Shown here: piece by piece, positions 17,611 to 28,682 of the stretch
Layout of the letters: each line of letters opens with the position of its first letter
Position numbering within the stretch: the stretch's first letter is position 1
Source of the DNA: Pseudomonadota bacterium
GTDB lineage: Bacteria; Pseudomonadota; Gammaproteobacteria; Ga0077536
DNA: 50,790 nt
Assembly: GCA_039030125.1 (NCBI GenBank)
Contig: JBCCEV010000003.1
Location: 1 to 50,790 of the forward strand
Reading direction: 5' to 3'
Made by a program: the position numbers and the translations under genes
Notes under the pieces: model-generated
What the model saw: only the letters and a program-made list of their open reading frames with translations
The model's database searches: none
What the model was told of the DNA's origin: nothing

Positions 17611-19035
17611 TTATCCTTGACGGTAGGTCCAAGCAAGCACGGCATTCTGTAATTCCGTGCCGCTACCCCAGTGCACATCCTTGTGATTAACGAATAGCGA
17701 TACTGCGAATGTCTCGCCGCTTTGTGCGCGCACAAAGCCCGCGATCGCCACCACATCATCAAGGCGGCCGGTTTTAAGGTGCATTTTCCCGGCTTCGCGT
17801 TTGCCGCGAAAGCGTTTGCGTACCGTTCCATCCTTACCGGATATCGCCATCGAGGAGACGAACTCAGGCATATACGGATGGCGCCAGGCGGTGAGGAGCA
17901 TGGCGTTCATAAACTCGGCGCTCAATCGCGAGCGACGCGACAGGCCGGCGCCGTTGTCGATGATGATGTTGCCGGCGGGCAGGCCTAGATCGAGCAAATG
18001 AGTCTGCGCTTGCTGGGCTCCCTGCAGCGGCGTTACCGGCGGCGTTTGTTGTACCGCGGCCAAGGTTAGCAGCAGTTGGCGCGTCATCAGGTTATTGCTC
18101 CATTTGTTCAAGGGGCGAATAATTTCTGCGAGCTCGCGACCGCGCCAAACCAAGCGCGGGGTTTCCTGTGCTTCGACCTCATCGTTTTTGTAGGTGCCCT
18201 CGATGCGGCCTCCCCATTGGCGGAATAAAAACTTGAACATCCCATAAACATAAGCCGGGTGTGAAAGCGCGGTGCGGGCTAAATCATATTTACGGCAGCT
18301 TGCGGGCATGGAGCCGGAGAATCGCACCTCGTCGGCGGCTGGCAAGTTACGAACATCCATGATGATTTTTAAACCGTTGCCGCGGCATTTCCCGTTTACC
18401 AGCTTAACGGTCGATTGAACGTTCAGATTTGGCAGCGGTGGATTGTGGATGACGTTGACCTTGCCGGCGCCGCGGTTTGGAACCAACTTAAAGTCGAAGG
18501 CCTTGAAATTAACGCTTAGGGCGCTCGGCTGGACGTTGTAGAGGCGGTGGGATTGACCATCGAAATCATCCTCATCTCCGGGGATCGGCGCGAAAATGCT
18601 GTCGTCGATCACTAAATCGCCGGTGATCTTCTCGATGCCAAGCTGATTTCGAATCTCGCCGACGAGCTTCCAGAACTCCTCGGTCACGAGATAGGGATCG
18701 CCGTGCCCTTTGAGTACAAGGTCGCCATCTAACGTGCCATTTTTTAAAGAACCACGGATATAAACTTCGGTTTTCCAGGTGTGATTGGGTCCAAGCAGAT
18801 CGAGCGCGACAAAGGTGGTTACCAATTTTATCGACGACGCCGGGTTGCGAAGAACTTCAGCGTTGAGTGACAGGCGTGGCGAAGTCTCGCTGGTACTTTG
18901 CACGATCACACTGACGCCACTTGCCGGAATATTGTGCGCCTTCATCACCCGGGCAATCGGTTGAGGTAGCTGAGCGGCCGCGCCCGCTGAACCAAGAGCA
19001 AGTGCGCACGCCACCGCTATAAGGACGGTTCGCAT
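17611..19035 (-). CDS. dacB: D-alanyl-D-alanine carboxypeptidase/endopeptidase PBP4
   Basis: Signal peptide, PASSIK (SxxK), SNN, GAGLSR, KTG. Confidence 0.93.
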   Translation of the reverse strand: MRTVLIAVACALALGSAGAAAQLPQPIARVMKAHNIPASGVSVIVQSTSETSPRLSLNAEVLRNPASSIKLVTTFVALDLLGPNHTWKTEVYIRGSLKNGTLDGDLVLKGHGDPYLVTEEFWKLVGEIRNQLGIEKITGDLVIDDSIFAPIPGDEDDFDGQSHRLYNVQPSALSVNFKAFDFKLVPNRGAGKVNVIHNPPLPNLNVQSTVKLVNGKCRGNGLKIIMDVRNLPAADEVRFSGSMPASCRKYDLARTALSHPAYVYGMFKFLFRQWGGRIEGTYKNDEVEAQETPRLVWRGRELAEIIRPLNKWSNNLMTRQLLLTLAAVQQTPPVTPLQGAQQAQTHLLDLGLPAGNIIIDNGAGLSRRSRLSAEFMNAMLLTAWRHPYMPEFVSSMAISGKDGTVRKRFRGKREAGKMHLKTGRLDDVVAIAGFVRAQSGETFAVSLFVNHKDVHWGSGTELQNAVLAWTYRQG

Positions 19036-19058
19036 GAAATTGAGTGACCTAAAGCGTG

Positions 19059-19646
19059 TTAATTTGGTTCGCGGTTCTGATAGTGATATTCAGGGTTGGG
19101 TTGCATGTCCACCGCGCTTGCGACCCGGTTCGACATATTGAAGAAGCCAGCAATATTCGCGATGTCCCAGATATCTTTATCCGTAAAGCCAGCGTCACGC
19201 AGCAATTGACGATCGGCGTCATCAATTTCAAAACTTTGGCGCGTAACTTTTACTGCGAAATCGAGCATGGCTTTGTGTCGCACGGACAGCTCCGCAGCTC
19301 GATAGTTCATGACTAAAAGTTCGCCTAGGGCAGGATCGCCGGAGTATGCGCGCACCGCTTGTCCGTGCGCGGTTAAACAATAGAAGCAGTGATTCTCCGA
19401 TGAGACGACGACCGCGATCATCTCTCTTTCCAGTTTGCTCAAACCCGATTCGCCGAGCATCAAAGCGTTATAGAAATCCGCAAAAGCGGACAGATGCTGG
19501 GGATTATGACTGTAAGCCGCCAACACATTGGGCAGCAGGCCAAGTTTTTCTTGGCAGATCTGGAAATATTTTTGCATTTCCTCTGGTAATTCATCGTGGG
19601 CTGGCTGCTCGATATCGAGCGCGATGATTTCTTTCTTTAACGACAT
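19059..19646 (-). CDS. AhpD/CMD-like peroxidase-related protein
   Basis: EREMIAVVVS..NHCFYCLTAHG, FNMSNR. Confidence 0.9.
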   Translation of the reverse strand: MSLKKEIIALDIEQPAHDELPEEMQKYFQICQEKLGLLPNVLAAYSHNPQHLSAFADFYNALMLGESGLSKLEREMIAVVVSSENHCFYCLTAHGQAVRAYSGDPALGELLVMNYRAAELSVRHKAMLDFAVKVTRQSFEIDDADRQLLRDAGFTDKDIWDIANIAGFFNMSNRVASAVDMQPNPEYHYQNREPN

Positions 19647-19656
19647 GAAGGGTCCT

Positions 19657-20199
19657 CTAGAACAAGCTCATTTGACTGAGGCGATTGTAAACGCCTGGTA
19701 TTTGCCCACAATCGAGCGCGTCGCTGAGCTGGTGTTCGATTGCTTGGCGCGGTCCAACGATATGCTGGACCGCAATGTTCAGGCGGTGGGTTAAATAATC
19801 ACTGATCAAGCGACGGTGACACTGTTGGTGATCGGCCTCCGCGCACATTAACGCCGTGATCCGGCCATGAGTGCGCGCGAGCAGCTCCGCGAGCGTGTTG
19901 GCGAAGTTCTCGGTGTCCATGTGATCGGCGAAGCCTTGAATGGTGCCAGCCAAGGCGGCGTGTGGTGAATCCGCCTTGCTGGTCCTAAATCCCCCAAGGT
20001 CCTTGCCGTACCACTGGTAGTCAATGCCGTAGTTGGCCAGCTCGGCTGATAATTTTGCGCGGTGAAATTGTGGGTTACGGCGGCTGCGAGGTTTGGCGCG
20101 AACATCGCACACCAGGCGAACCTGATGGCCCTGGAGGCGTTGCACGAGGTCTTCGATCGTGAAGTTACTGTGACCGATGGTAAAAATCTCAGCGGTCAT
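19657..20199 (-). CDS. DUF488 family protein
   Basis: FTIGHS, DVR..PRSR, LGG, LMCAE....CHR; start at ATG 20199 overlapping the upstream stop. Confidence 0.88.
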   Translation of the reverse strand: MTAEIFTIGHSNFTIEDLVQRLQGHQVRLVCDVRAKPRSRRNPQFHRAKLSAELANYGIDYQWYGKDLGGFRTSKADSPHAALAGTIQGFADHMDTENFANTLAELLARTHGRITALMCAEADHQQCHRRLISDYLTHRLNIAVQHIVGPRQAIEHQLSDALDCGQIPGVYNRLSQMSLF

Positions 20200-20609
20200 T
20201 TGAATCTTTGCAGGTACCTGGCCAGGTGATTTTCGACGAACCAAGCGGGATCCCAATTTTCATCGCTGAGTAGTTCCGCGTACTGAGGATATACGATATA
20301 GGTTTGCGCCGCTTCGCGCTGGCCCGAGGCTAAGGTGATCGTTACCGATTGCCTGAAGTAGATAGCGTCTTCGAAGGCATCTAAACGCGCCCAGATCTGG
20401 GGATCAATGTCGCGGTACAACACACCTGCTGCCCGCGCTCCGGCTTTTGGGATCATCCCAGGGTAAGGGGCTTCGTGAACCCGGTAGGCGGCGTGGTCGG
20501 CAAGCTCGGCCTCGGCGGAAACCCGTGAGTGCCCGGTGATTGCCGCGAACAAGGACTCGAACACCAAGGTGCCATAAGCAAACAGACGATCGGGCAGGGG
20601 ATCTGTCAT
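20196..20609 (-). CDS. Gamma-glutamylcyclotransferase (AIG2-like) family protein
   Basis: LFAYGTL, YPG, LDAFED..Y.R. Confidence 0.85.
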   Translation of the reverse strand: MTDPLPDRLFAYGTLVFESLFAAITGHSRVSAEAELADHAAYRVHEAPYPGMIPKAGARAAGVLYRDIDPQIWARLDAFEDAIYFRQSVTITLASGQREAAQTYIVYPQYAELLSDENWDPAWFVENHLARYLQRFK

Positions 20610-21004
20610 TCGGTGCTGGGGTCGCTGTCGGTAATCATTGGCCGATAGGCCAGATAGACGACGATGATCCCAACCGCGTTGGCCGCCAGATCGTCGATGG
20701 AACCCTGCCGTGCCGGCAAGGTGTGCTGCACGACCTCAAGGGCGCCACTGTAGGTAAAGAGCAGGGCGGCAAGGTAAGGCCAGGATTTTTGCGGATAGGC
20801 GTGCGCAAACCAGCCCATCATCACGCCGTAGGCGAGCGCGTGGCGGATCTTGTCGTTCCAGCCGATCAGATCGTCGAATGTTTCGACCGTTGGCACGGTG
20901 GAAAGCACGAAAATCGCAGCCAGACCCATCCAACCCGCTAACAGCCAGATCCGGCGGGCTTGACCCGGTTGTAATAAAGTCTCTCGAGTGTGCAGCAAAA
21001 TCAT
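20606..21004 (-). CDS. VanZ-like membrane protein (start uncertain)
   Basis: DKIRHALAY, LEVVQ..LPARQGS..DLAAN..G; hydrophobic helices. Confidence 0.8.
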   Translation of the reverse strand: MILLHTRETLLQPGQARRIWLLAGWMGLAAIFVLSTVPTVETFDDLIGWNDKIRHALAYGVMMGWFAHAYPQKSWPYLAALLFTYSGALEVVQHTLPARQGSIDDLAANAVGIIVVYLAYRPMITDSDPSTE

Positions 21005-21072
21005 TGTGTTCGGAGCGTGGATCCTGGGATCCCGGTGCTCAGGATCCAAACTTGTCGGCCGCTAACGGAGTT

Positions 21073-22134
21073 ATGAAACGTTCGTTTCTTAGAAGCATTA
21101 TATTCGCAGCCCTGTTCTGGCCGCTTGAGAATAACGCGGCTGATTTCATGGCAGGCGTAGCCGCGTACAAGCGCGGCGATTTTCCCGGCGCCTTGGAAAT
21201 CTTTCGCCCCCTGGCAGGCGATGGCGACGCGCGTGCGCAATTCGCCTTGGGCTTGCTGCATGACAACGGTGAAGGGGTGGTGCGCTCCGACGAACAAGCG
21301 GCCCATTGGTATGCCTTGAGCGCGGCCCAGGGTTACCCCAAAGCACAATACAACTACGGCCTGCTCATTGAGAATGAGCGCGTAGCCGCGCTCGTCAAAG
21401 CAAGCGCGAGTCAGTGGTATTTCAAGGCGGCGAGCGGGGGCAACTCCGATGCGGTGGGGCGTTTATTCCGTCTTGCGGAAAACGGCGATCGCAGCTCGCA
21501 GTCGCTTCTTGGCACGCTGTTCATGAATGGCCGCGGGGTCGTAAAAGACGCGGGCAAAGCGCTGGGATGGTTCGTCAAAGCCGCTAAACAGGGCGATGTT
21601 GATGCGCACTTTGCTCTGGGCGTGCTTTATGAAACCGGACAAGCGCAACGCCAATCATTCACAAAAGCCGCTGAGCACTATCAAATTTCAGCCGCCGCCG
21701 GACACCTGGAAGCAATCTACAATCTGGGGCGCTTCTATCGTGTTGGCCGCGGTACCGCGCGAGATTTTGAGCGCGCTCGCGCTCACTATACGACCGCTGC
21801 CGAGGGTGGTTTGCCGATCGCGCAGTTCGCGCTCGGTATGTTGTTCGAAGCCGGCCAGCAAGGCTGGCCGCAAGATCCGGAGCAAGCGCTGCACTGGTAT
21901 CAAAAGGCGGTGGAAAATGGCAGCGGTGACGCGATGGTGAATTTGGCTTTCTTTTACATGCGCGGCGAGCATGTTGCCCAGGATCTGGATCGCGCGGCAA
22001 GCTTATTGCGTGAGGCGCAACGCCTTGGACACCCGTTGGCCGGTGAAAACCTGGAAGTCATTAATAGCGCCGCGGCGACACCCGCGGCGATGAATGTCGC
22101 GAGCTATGACGCGGTGGAGAACGCGTCTAAATAG
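21073..22134 (+). CDS. Secreted Sel1-like repeat (TPR) protein
   Basis: Repeated AQFALG..Y..G.GV..D...A..WY..AA..G; ATG 21073 with GGAG upstream and a signal peptide. Confidence 0.9.
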   Translation: MKRSFLRSIIFAALFWPLENNAADFMAGVAAYKRGDFPGALEIFRPLAGDGDARAQFALGLLHDNGEGVVRSDEQAAHWYALSAAQGYPKAQYNYGLLIENERVAALVKASASQWYFKAASGGNSDAVGRLFRLAENGDRSSQSLLGTLFMNGRGVVKDAGKALGWFVKAAKQGDVDAHFALGVLYETGQAQRQSFTKAAEHYQISAAAGHLEAIYNLGRFYRVGRGTARDFERARAHYTTAAEGGLPIAQFALGMLFEAGQQGWPQDPEQALHWYQKAVENGSGDAMVNLAFFYMRGEHVAQDLDRAASLLREAQRLGHPLAGENLEVINSAAATPAAMNVASYDAVENASK

Positions 22135-22979
22135 CTGAGCGCGACTCCCGCGAACAACACCAGACCGACCCAGTTGTTGTTTTTGAACGCTTGAAAGCAC
22201 CCGGCGCGTTCGCGTGTTCGGATCAGGTGTTGTTGAAAGCCAAATAGCAACGCCACTACGAGGCAGGCTACATGAAAGGGTGCGGTAAGTTCGGCTTGGC
22301 GTCCAAGCAGGAACAGTCCAAGCAGCATCAGCGCTTGCATCGCACCAATGATGATGCGATCGGCTTCGCCGAAAAGGATGGCGGTCGATTTCACGCCGAT
22401 CTGGATATCGTCGTCACGATCGACCATCGCGTATTGGGTATCGTAGATCAGCGCCCACAGCACCGTAATGCAGAGCACCAACCAGGCCAGCGGCGGAATT
22501 TCGTTTGACTGCGCGGCGAACACCATCGGTACGCCCCACGCGAACGCGAGGCCTAAGTGCAGTTGCGGAAGATAGGTGTAGCGCTTGGCGAACGGATAAG
22601 TAGCGGCCAAGAGCACGGCGACGAGGGCCATAACGATCGTAAGCTGGTTGGTGAATAACACCAAAACCCCAGCCAGCGCGGTGAGCGTTGCGCTCACAAT
22701 CAGCGCCTCGGCGGGCGTGATCCGGCCGGTCACGATGGGGCGCTGGTTGGTCCTTTGGACCTGGCCATCGAAGTTCCGATCGGCAAAATCGTTAATCGCG
22801 CAGCCGGCCGAGCGGGTCAGAAATGTCCCCAGCACAAAGATCGCCAACACCTCGAAGTCAGGGACACCCGCCGCCGCCAGCCACGCGCCCCACAGTACCG
22901 GCCACAGCAAAAGAAGAACACCAACGGGTCGATCGAGGCGGATCAAGTCGGCATAGGCCTTTAATTTATCAAGCGTCAT
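22104..22979 (-). CDS. ubiA: 4-hydroxybenzoate octaprenyltransferase
   Basis: [41 protein letters not shown]. Confidence 0.96.
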   Translation of the reverse strand: MTLDKLKAYADLIRLDRPVGVLLLLWPVLWGAWLAAAGVPDFEVLAIFVLGTFLTRSAGCAINDFADRNFDGQVQRTNQRPIVTGRITPAEALIVSATLTALAGVLVLFTNQLTIVMALVAVLLAATYPFAKRYTYLPQLHLGLAFAWGVPMVFAAQSNEIPPLAWLVLCITVLWALIYDTQYAMVDRDDDIQIGVKSTAILFGEADRIIIGAMQALMLLGLFLLGRQAELTAPFHVACLVVALLFGFQQHLIRTRERAGCFQAFKNNNWVGLVLFAGVALSYLDAFSTAS

Positions 22980-22994
22980 GATCGCTGGTGATGG

Positions 22995-25079
22995 CTACAC
23001 GTGCGCGTAGCTTTCGCGCTCGGCGACCCAACGCCTGATCAGAGGTTCGGCGTTTTGCGGACATTGATTGAGAATGTGAGAAGCGGCTTGATGGACGCGC
23101 GGCAACAAGCCTGCGTCGCGACTGAGATCGGCGATGCGATAGCTGGCCGCGCCCGCTTGCCGCGTACCCAGCACTTCGCCCGGTCCGCGAAGCTCCAGAT
23201 CGCGCTCGGCGATGATAAATCCGTCGGTAGTTTCGCGCATTGCGTGCAACCTTGCTTTTGCCATCTCGCTGAGCGGGCCCCGGTACATCAGCACACAGTC
23301 TGAGATTGCGCTCCCGCGGCCGACTCGCCCACGAAGTTGATGGAGCTGCGAGAGACCCAAGCGCTCCGCGTTCTCGATGATCATCAGACTCGCGTTGGGA
23401 ACGTCAACGCCGACCTCTATGACTGTCGTTGCAACCAACACGCTGGTCTGTGCCCGGGCGAAGGCCGCCATCGCTTCATCTTTTTGCTGATCCTTAAGGC
23501 GCCCGTGAATCAGGCCCACGTTAACGGAAAGCGCGCTGCACAGATGCTCGTAAGTTTCAGTCGCCGCTTGCGACTCGAGCGTGTCGGACTCGTCGATCAA
23601 AGGGCATACCCAATAAACTTGACGTTTGGCGGCGCATACTTCGGCGATCCGCTTGACGATCTCATCGCGGCGGGTGTCGGGGATCACCGCTGTTTTTACC
23701 GGCTTGCGCGACGGTGGCAACTCGTCAATCACCGACACGTCGAGATCAGCGTAGGCGGTCATCGCCAGAGTTCGCGGGATCGGTGTGGCGGTCATGATCA
23801 ACTGATGAGGCCGCCGGTTACCCGCCGCGCCTTTATCACGGAGCGCCAAGCGTTGATTAACCCCAAAACGGTGTTGTTCGTCGACAATGATCAAGCCCAA
23901 ATTTCCATACTCAACATCGTCTTGGAAAAGCGCGTGGGTGCCCGTGATGATCAGGGGCTTGGCTGCGGCGATGGCGCGAAGTCGAGTACCGCGTTCCCGT
24001 TTACCCAGGCGCGAGGTCAAACTAATAACCGGGATCTTCAAGGGCTCATACCACGCCCGTAGATTTCTCTCGTGTTGTTCGGCAAGCAGCTCCGTGGGTG
24101 CCATCAAGGCAACTTGAAAGCCGGCGTCGAGGGCGTTGGCGGTGACTGCCGCGGCGACGGCTGTTTTGCCGGAGCCCACATCTCCTTGCAGCAGGCGCAG
24201 CATTGGAGTGGGTTGCTTGAGATCATCCTGGATTTCTCCGATCACCCGTTGCTGTGCATTGGTTAGATTGAAATCAAGGCCGTCCAAAAAGCGCTCATGG
24301 TAAGTACCCGAGTTCGAAATAACCGGCGCGTCAAACTGGTTGGACTCGGATCTGAGCTTTCTTAAACTCAAATGGTGGGCCAGCAATTCCTCAAAAGCCA
24401 GACGTTGCTGCGCCGGGTGGCGCTGCTCGGTAAGCGCCGCGAGTTGGATATCTGGCGAAGGACGATGCAGGAGATTGATGGCTGCGTATAAGCCTGGGAG
24501 GGCGAGCTTGTCAGTCAACTCGAGGGGTAACAAATCGAGAGTGCCAGTGTCCTGCGCGATTTCCAGCGCCTTCAAGGCCTGGTCACTGAGTTTGCGCAGC
24601 GTTGCCTGATGGAGACCCTCGGTACTGGGATAGATGGGCGTCAAAGTTTCCGCAACATTGCTCGGCAGATCATCGTTTAGAAACTGATATTCGGGATGCA
24701 CCATCTCAAGCGATCGCGCGCCGCGCCGGGCCTCGCCAAAGCAGCGGATCCGTTTCCCGGTTACAAAGTTGTTTTGTTGGGCGCGCGAGAAATGAAAAAA
24801 ACGCAGATGAATCGCCCCGGTGCCGTCGCTCACCCGGCACACCAGCGAGCGCCGTCGGCCGTAAGCAAGCTGGGCGGCTTCGACTTGCCCTTCGATGAGT
24901 ACTTCGGCTTGATGTCGCAGCGATCCGATGGGCGTTACCCGGGTACGGTCCTGATAGCGGCTGGGCAGGTGAAAGAGTAAATCTTGAACTTTTTCGATAT
25001 TAATCCGCGCCAGGTTTTCGCGCAGCCGCGGACCCACGCCGCGCAGATCAGTTACCGGCGCATCCAGTTCAGGGGTCAA
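22995..25079 (-). CDS. recG: ATP-dependent DNA helicase RecG
   Basis: [41 protein letters not shown]. Confidence 0.98.
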   Translation of the reverse strand: MTPELDAPVTDLRGVGPRLRENLARINIEKVQDLLFHLPSRYQDRTRVTPIGSLRHQAEVLIEGQVEAAQLAYGRRRSLVCRVSDGTGAIHLRFFHFSRAQQNNFVTGKRIRCFGEARRGARSLEMVHPEYQFLNDDLPSNVAETLTPIYPSTEGLHQATLRKLSDQALKALEIAQDTGTLDLLPLELTDKLALPGLYAAINLLHRPSPDIQLAALTEQRHPAQQRLAFEELLAHHLSLRKLRSESNQFDAPVISNSGTYHERFLDGLDFNLTNAQQRVIGEIQDDLKQPTPMLRLLQGDVGSGKTAVAAAVTANALDAGFQVALMAPTELLAEQHERNLRAWYEPLKIPVISLTSRLGKRERGTRLRAIAAAKPLIITGTHALFQDDVEYGNLGLIIVDEQHRFGVNQRLALRDKGAAGNRRPHQLIMTATPIPRTLAMTAYADLDVSVIDELPPSRKPVKTAVIPDTRRDEIVKRIAEVCAAKRQVYWVCPLIDESDTLESQAATETYEHLCSALSVNVGLIHGRLKDQQKDEAMAAFARAQTSVLVATTVIEVGVDVPNASLMIIENAERLGLSQLHQLRGRVGRGSAISDCVLMYRGPLSEMAKARLHAMRETTDGFIIAERDLELRGPGEVLGTRQAGAASYRIADLSRDAGLLPRVHQAASHILNQCPQNAEPLIRRWVAERESYAHV

Positions 25080-25465
25080 GGTCGTCGGGTCATTATCGCG
25101 TCCATCTCCACGGCCACGCCTTTGGGGAGTGCCGCGACCTCGACGGCGGCGCGGGCCGGGTAGGGATCGTCAAAATACTGCGCCATGATTTCGTTGACGG
25201 CAGCGAAATTATTGAGATCGGTCAAATACACGGTGAGTTTTACGCAATCATTGAGCGCACCGCCGGCAGCTTCGCAAACCGCCTGCAGGTTATCGAACAC
25301 GCGACGGATTTGATCCTCCACCGGTCCCTCAACGACACTCATGGATGCGGGATCCAGCGGTATCTGCCCAGATAGAAAAACGAGGTTGTCCACCGCGATC
25401 GCTTGTGAATAGGTACCAATGGCCTGCGGCGCTTTCGCGGTGACGATTGGTTCTTTACCGTTCAC
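25076..25465 (-). CDS. ridA: RidA/YjgF family enamine deaminase
   Basis: [29 protein letters not shown]. Confidence 0.9.
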   Translation of the reverse strand: MNGKEPIVTAKAPQAIGTYSQAIAVDNLVFLSGQIPLDPASMSVVEGPVEDQIRRVFDNLQAVCEAAGGALNDCVKLTVYLTDLNNFAAVNEIMAQYFDDPYPARAAVEVAALPKGVAVEMDAIMTRRP

Positions 25466-25468
25466 TGG

Positions 25469-27619
25469 TCAACCACGTTTACGATGGACGCGATCCACTG
25501 GGTCGGTGTGGCGCAATACCCGCAACAAATCCGCAAGCTGCTTGCGGTCGCTAACGCCAACCAAGACCCGCATGGTTGAATTAGATTCGTCGCGCTCGGC
25601 CGTATCGACACTTTCGATATTGCAGCCAAGCTCCGAAATTGCGGCGGCCACGGTCGCCAACGCGCCGCGGCGATTTTGAACTTGCAACACCAACTCGACG
25701 GTAAATTCGGTTTCAATGTTCTCGGCCCAATCAACATCCACCCAACGACTTGGATCGGAGCGGAATTCAGCAACGTTGGTGCATGATGCCTGGTGAATAA
25801 CAATCCCGCGGCCAGCCGTTAAGAAACCCATGATTGGATCGCCGGGGATCGGATGACAACAGCGCGGCAGGGTCACCACCATGCCCTCGCCGCCGTGAAT
25901 CAACAGCGGGCCGGGCGTCGGCCCGTCGGCGTGACGCGCGGGTTTTTCCTCAACCGTATCGGCCTTCTCGCCAACCAGCGCACGGGCCACCAGGGGAGCA
26001 GGGCGCACGCCCAAACCCACTTCCTCGGCGAGCGTTTCGACTTCATCGACTTCGAAACTCTTGAGTGACTCCCGAACCTGCTTCGGATCGAGTTTGTCGA
26101 GATGGCTTGAGAATCGCTCAAGCTCGCGGTTGAGCATGCGTTTGCCCAACGTTCGGGCTTCGTCTGACTGCAGGTTTTTAAGAAAATGCCGAATGTTTGC
26201 CCGGGCCTTACCGGTGACGACAAAATTTAGCCATCCGGGATTGGGACGCGCCCCGGGCGCGGTTACGATTTCAACCGTCTGCCCGTTGGTCAACCCAGTG
26301 CGCAGCGGCGCCAGGCGCCGGTCGATTCGACAACCCACGCAGGTATTACCCAAATCGGTGTGGATCGCGTAGGCGAAGTCGACTGCGGTCGCGCCTCTTG
26401 GCATTTCCATGATCTCACCCTTGGGCGTAAACACGTAAACCTCGTCGGGAAAAAGGTCGATCTTGACGTGCTCGAGGAATTCCTGGGAGTCGCCGGCCTT
26501 GCGCTGCAGTTCCAAAACGCCAGTGAGCCAATCGCGTGCCCTTTTGTGGGCGCTTTTCGCCACCGCATCGCCTGACTTATACAACCAATGGGCGGCTACT
26601 CCGGCTTCGGCGACTTGATCCATTTCATTGGTGCGGATCTGAACCTCAACGGGCACCCCGAACGGTCCAAACAAAACCGTGTGCAGTGATTGATAACCGT
26701 TGATCTTGGGGATCGCAATGTAATCTTTAAAGGTCCCGGGGACCGGCTTATAGAGCGCGTGGACAACCCCGAGCATCCGATAACAGGTGTCGACGGAATC
26801 AACGGTTATGCGAAAAGCGTAAACATCATGCACTTCGGAGAAGTGCAGGTTCTTCTCCTTCATTTTGCGGTAGATGCTGTAGAGATGTTTCTCGCGCCCG
26901 ATCACATGGCCGACCAGTTGTTCCTGACGGATCCGGCGTTTGATGCGATTTTTGATTTTGGAAACCACCTCCTTGCGGTTGCCCCGGATCTTGTCAATGA
27001 CGTTGCGCAGCACCCCGTAACGCAGCGGATAAAGCGCTTCAAAACCAAGCTCTTCTAGCTCCAGGCGGATGGTGTTCATCCCGAGCCGCTGGGCGATGGG
27101 CGCGTAGATATCCAAGGTCTCACGGGCGATCCGTCGCCGTTTCTCGGAGGCTAAGGCCCCGAGCGTGCGCATGTTGTGAAGTCGATCGGCCAGTTTGACC
27201 AGGATGACGCGAATATCGTCAGCCATCGCCATCAACATCTTCTGAAAATTTTCCGCTTGCGCTTCAGCGTGTGTTTCGAATTCGATTTGTGTGAGCTTGC
27301 TCAGCCCGTCGACAATGTCCGCGACCTCGCTACCGAACTCCCGATTGATTTCCTCCTTGTTGAGCGAGGTGTCCTCGATAACATCGTGGAGGATCGCAGC
27401 CATCAAGGTTTCGTGGTCCATCCTCATGGAGGCGAGGATGCTGGCCACTTCGATCGGATGCTGAATATAAGGCTCGCCGCTTTTGCGCATTTGCCCGTCG
27501 TGGGCTTGGGAAGAGATCCGGTAGGCGGCGCGAATTTTTTTGATCTGATCGCCGTTCAAGTAGGAACGGCCGCGACGGCACAGATCGTCGATGCTGAGTT
27601 CTCTGACGGCAGCTTGCAT
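25469..27619 (-). CDS. spoT: Bifunctional (p)ppGpp synthetase/hydrolase
   Basis: RKSGEPY, intact HD (LHDVIED), KLADRLHNMRTL, EVQIRT, TGS and ACT domains; downstream of rpoZ. Confidence 0.97.
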   Translation of the reverse strand: MQAAVRELSIDDLCRRGRSYLNGDQIKKIRAAYRISSQAHDGQMRKSGEPYIQHPIEVASILASMRMDHETLMAAILHDVIEDTSLNKEEINREFGSEVADIVDGLSKLTQIEFETHAEAQAENFQKMLMAMADDIRVILVKLADRLHNMRTLGALASEKRRRIARETLDIYAPIAQRLGMNTIRLELEELGFEALYPLRYGVLRNVIDKIRGNRKEVVSKIKNRIKRRIRQEQLVGHVIGREKHLYSIYRKMKEKNLHFSEVHDVYAFRITVDSVDTCYRMLGVVHALYKPVPGTFKDYIAIPKINGYQSLHTVLFGPFGVPVEVQIRTNEMDQVAEAGVAAHWLYKSGDAVAKSAHKRARDWLTGVLELQRKAGDSQEFLEHVKIDLFPDEVYVFTPKGEIMEMPRGATAVDFAYAIHTDLGNTCVGCRIDRRLAPLRTGLTNGQTVEIVTAPGARPNPGWLNFVVTGKARANIRHFLKNLQSDEARTLGKRMLNRELERFSSHLDKLDPKQVRESLKSFEVDEVETLAEEVGLGVRPAPLVARALVGEKADTVEEKPARHADGPTPGPLLIHGGEGMVVTLPRCCHPIPGDPIMGFLTAGRGIVIHQASCTNVAEFRSDPSRWVDVDWAENIETEFTVELVLQVQNRRGALATVAAAISELGCNIESVDTAERDESNSTMRVLVGVSDRKQLADLLRVLRHTDPVDRVHRKRG

Positions 27620-27668
27620 GTTGAGTCAGAGCGCTATCGATGTGATTGGACGCGAACGCGTCGGGTGT

Positions 27669-27965
27669 CTAGATCTCTTGATCGTCCGGCGGTAAGCCCG
27701 CAGCGACCTGCTGCTCGGCGAACTCGGCAGCCAATTCGTACTCCTCGGCGGCACGCTCCTTGGCTTCAATCTCATCGAGGATCTCTTGGTTCATCAAGCC
27801 ATCGGCGATTTCGCGTAACGCGACCACGGTGGGCTTGTCGGCTTCGGGCTCTACCAGTGGCTCGGCACCCATGGCGACTTGACGCGCGCGACGGCTCGCG
27901 GTGAGCACCAGATCGAAGCGGTTGTCGATGTACTCTAAGCAGTCTTCTACTGTGACTCGGGCCAT
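27669..27965 (-). CDS. rpoZ: RNA polymerase omega subunit
   Basis: MARVTVEDC...NRFDLVL.A..RARQ...[11 protein letters not shown]. Confidence 0.98.
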   Translation of the reverse strand: MARVTVEDCLEYIDNRFDLVLTASRRARQVAMGAEPLVEPEADKPTVVALREIADGLMNQEILDEIEAKERAAEEYELAAEFAEQQVAAGLPPDDQEI

Positions 27966-28043
27966 ATCCTGTCTCGCACGGTTAGTGAGGTAAAGCGGGG
28001 CCGGATCCTACCAAAATCCACGCCTCGGCAACACTACCAGCAC

Positions 28044-28682
28044 CTATTTTTGCCCGGTGATGAGATCGGCCAGATGCTCACCGTGACGGGCCAGAAATGT
28101 CGCCGTGCGCAGGGCGTGGACTTCAATGATCGACCGCAGCGCCGCGCAGGCGTCGTCGAATTGATCATTGACGATCACGTAGTCATATTCGTGCACATGC
28201 GACATCTCCGCGAGGGCCTCATTCATACGGCCCTCGATCGCATCGGCTGAGTCCTTGCCGCGGCCTTCGAGCCGCCCGCGCAAGGCCTTAAGCGAGGGTG
28301 GCAGAACGAAAATCGAGACCGCATCCGTCGAGTGCGCGCGAATGCTGCGCGCGCCTTGCCAGTCGATTTCCAAGATGACATCGCATCCCTGATCGCGCAC
28401 CGCCGCGACCGCTTGGTGAGAGGTGCCGTACGAGGCGCCAAAGACAACGGCATGCTCTAGAAACTCGCCGGCCTCGACCATCGTTGCAAACTCGCCCGGC
28501 GCGACGAAGAAATAGTCCTTTCCTTCTTGTTCACCGGGCCGTTGAGCGCGCGTGGTATGAGAGATGCACGGCTTGATTGTTGGGCATTGTTCGCTGACCG
28601 TTTTAACCATCGAAGTCTTGCCTGCACCGGAGGGTGCCGAAATCACAAACAACTGTCCCTGATGCGCCCCCGCCTCACTCAA
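28044..28682 (-). CDS. gmk: Guanylate kinase
   Basis: SAPSGAGKTS, SHTTR..RPGE, EIDWQGA; probable TTG start overlapping the yicC stop. Confidence 0.95.
   Translation of the reverse strand: MSEAGAHQGQLFVISAPSGAGKTSMVKTVSEQCPTIKPCISHTTRAQRPGEQEGKDYFFVAPGEFATMVEAGEFLEHAVVFGASYGTSHQAVAAVRDQGCDVILEIDWQGARSIRAHSTDAVSIFVLPPSLKALRGRLEGRGKDSADAIEGRMNEALAEMSHVHEYDYVIVNDQFDDACAALRSIIEVHALRTATFLARHGEHLADLITGQK

Noticed and set aside
21073-22134. Periodic sequence similarity as a DNA repeat or CRISPR array
   Set aside because: Explained by ~36-aa Sel1 protein repeats; no identical spaced repeats or cas genes were seen anywhere in the window
23337-27904. Long antisense ORFs (e.g. 23337-24062, 27176-27904) opposite recG and spoT
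   Set aside because: Typical shadow ORFs of GC-rich coding sequence with no domain signatures
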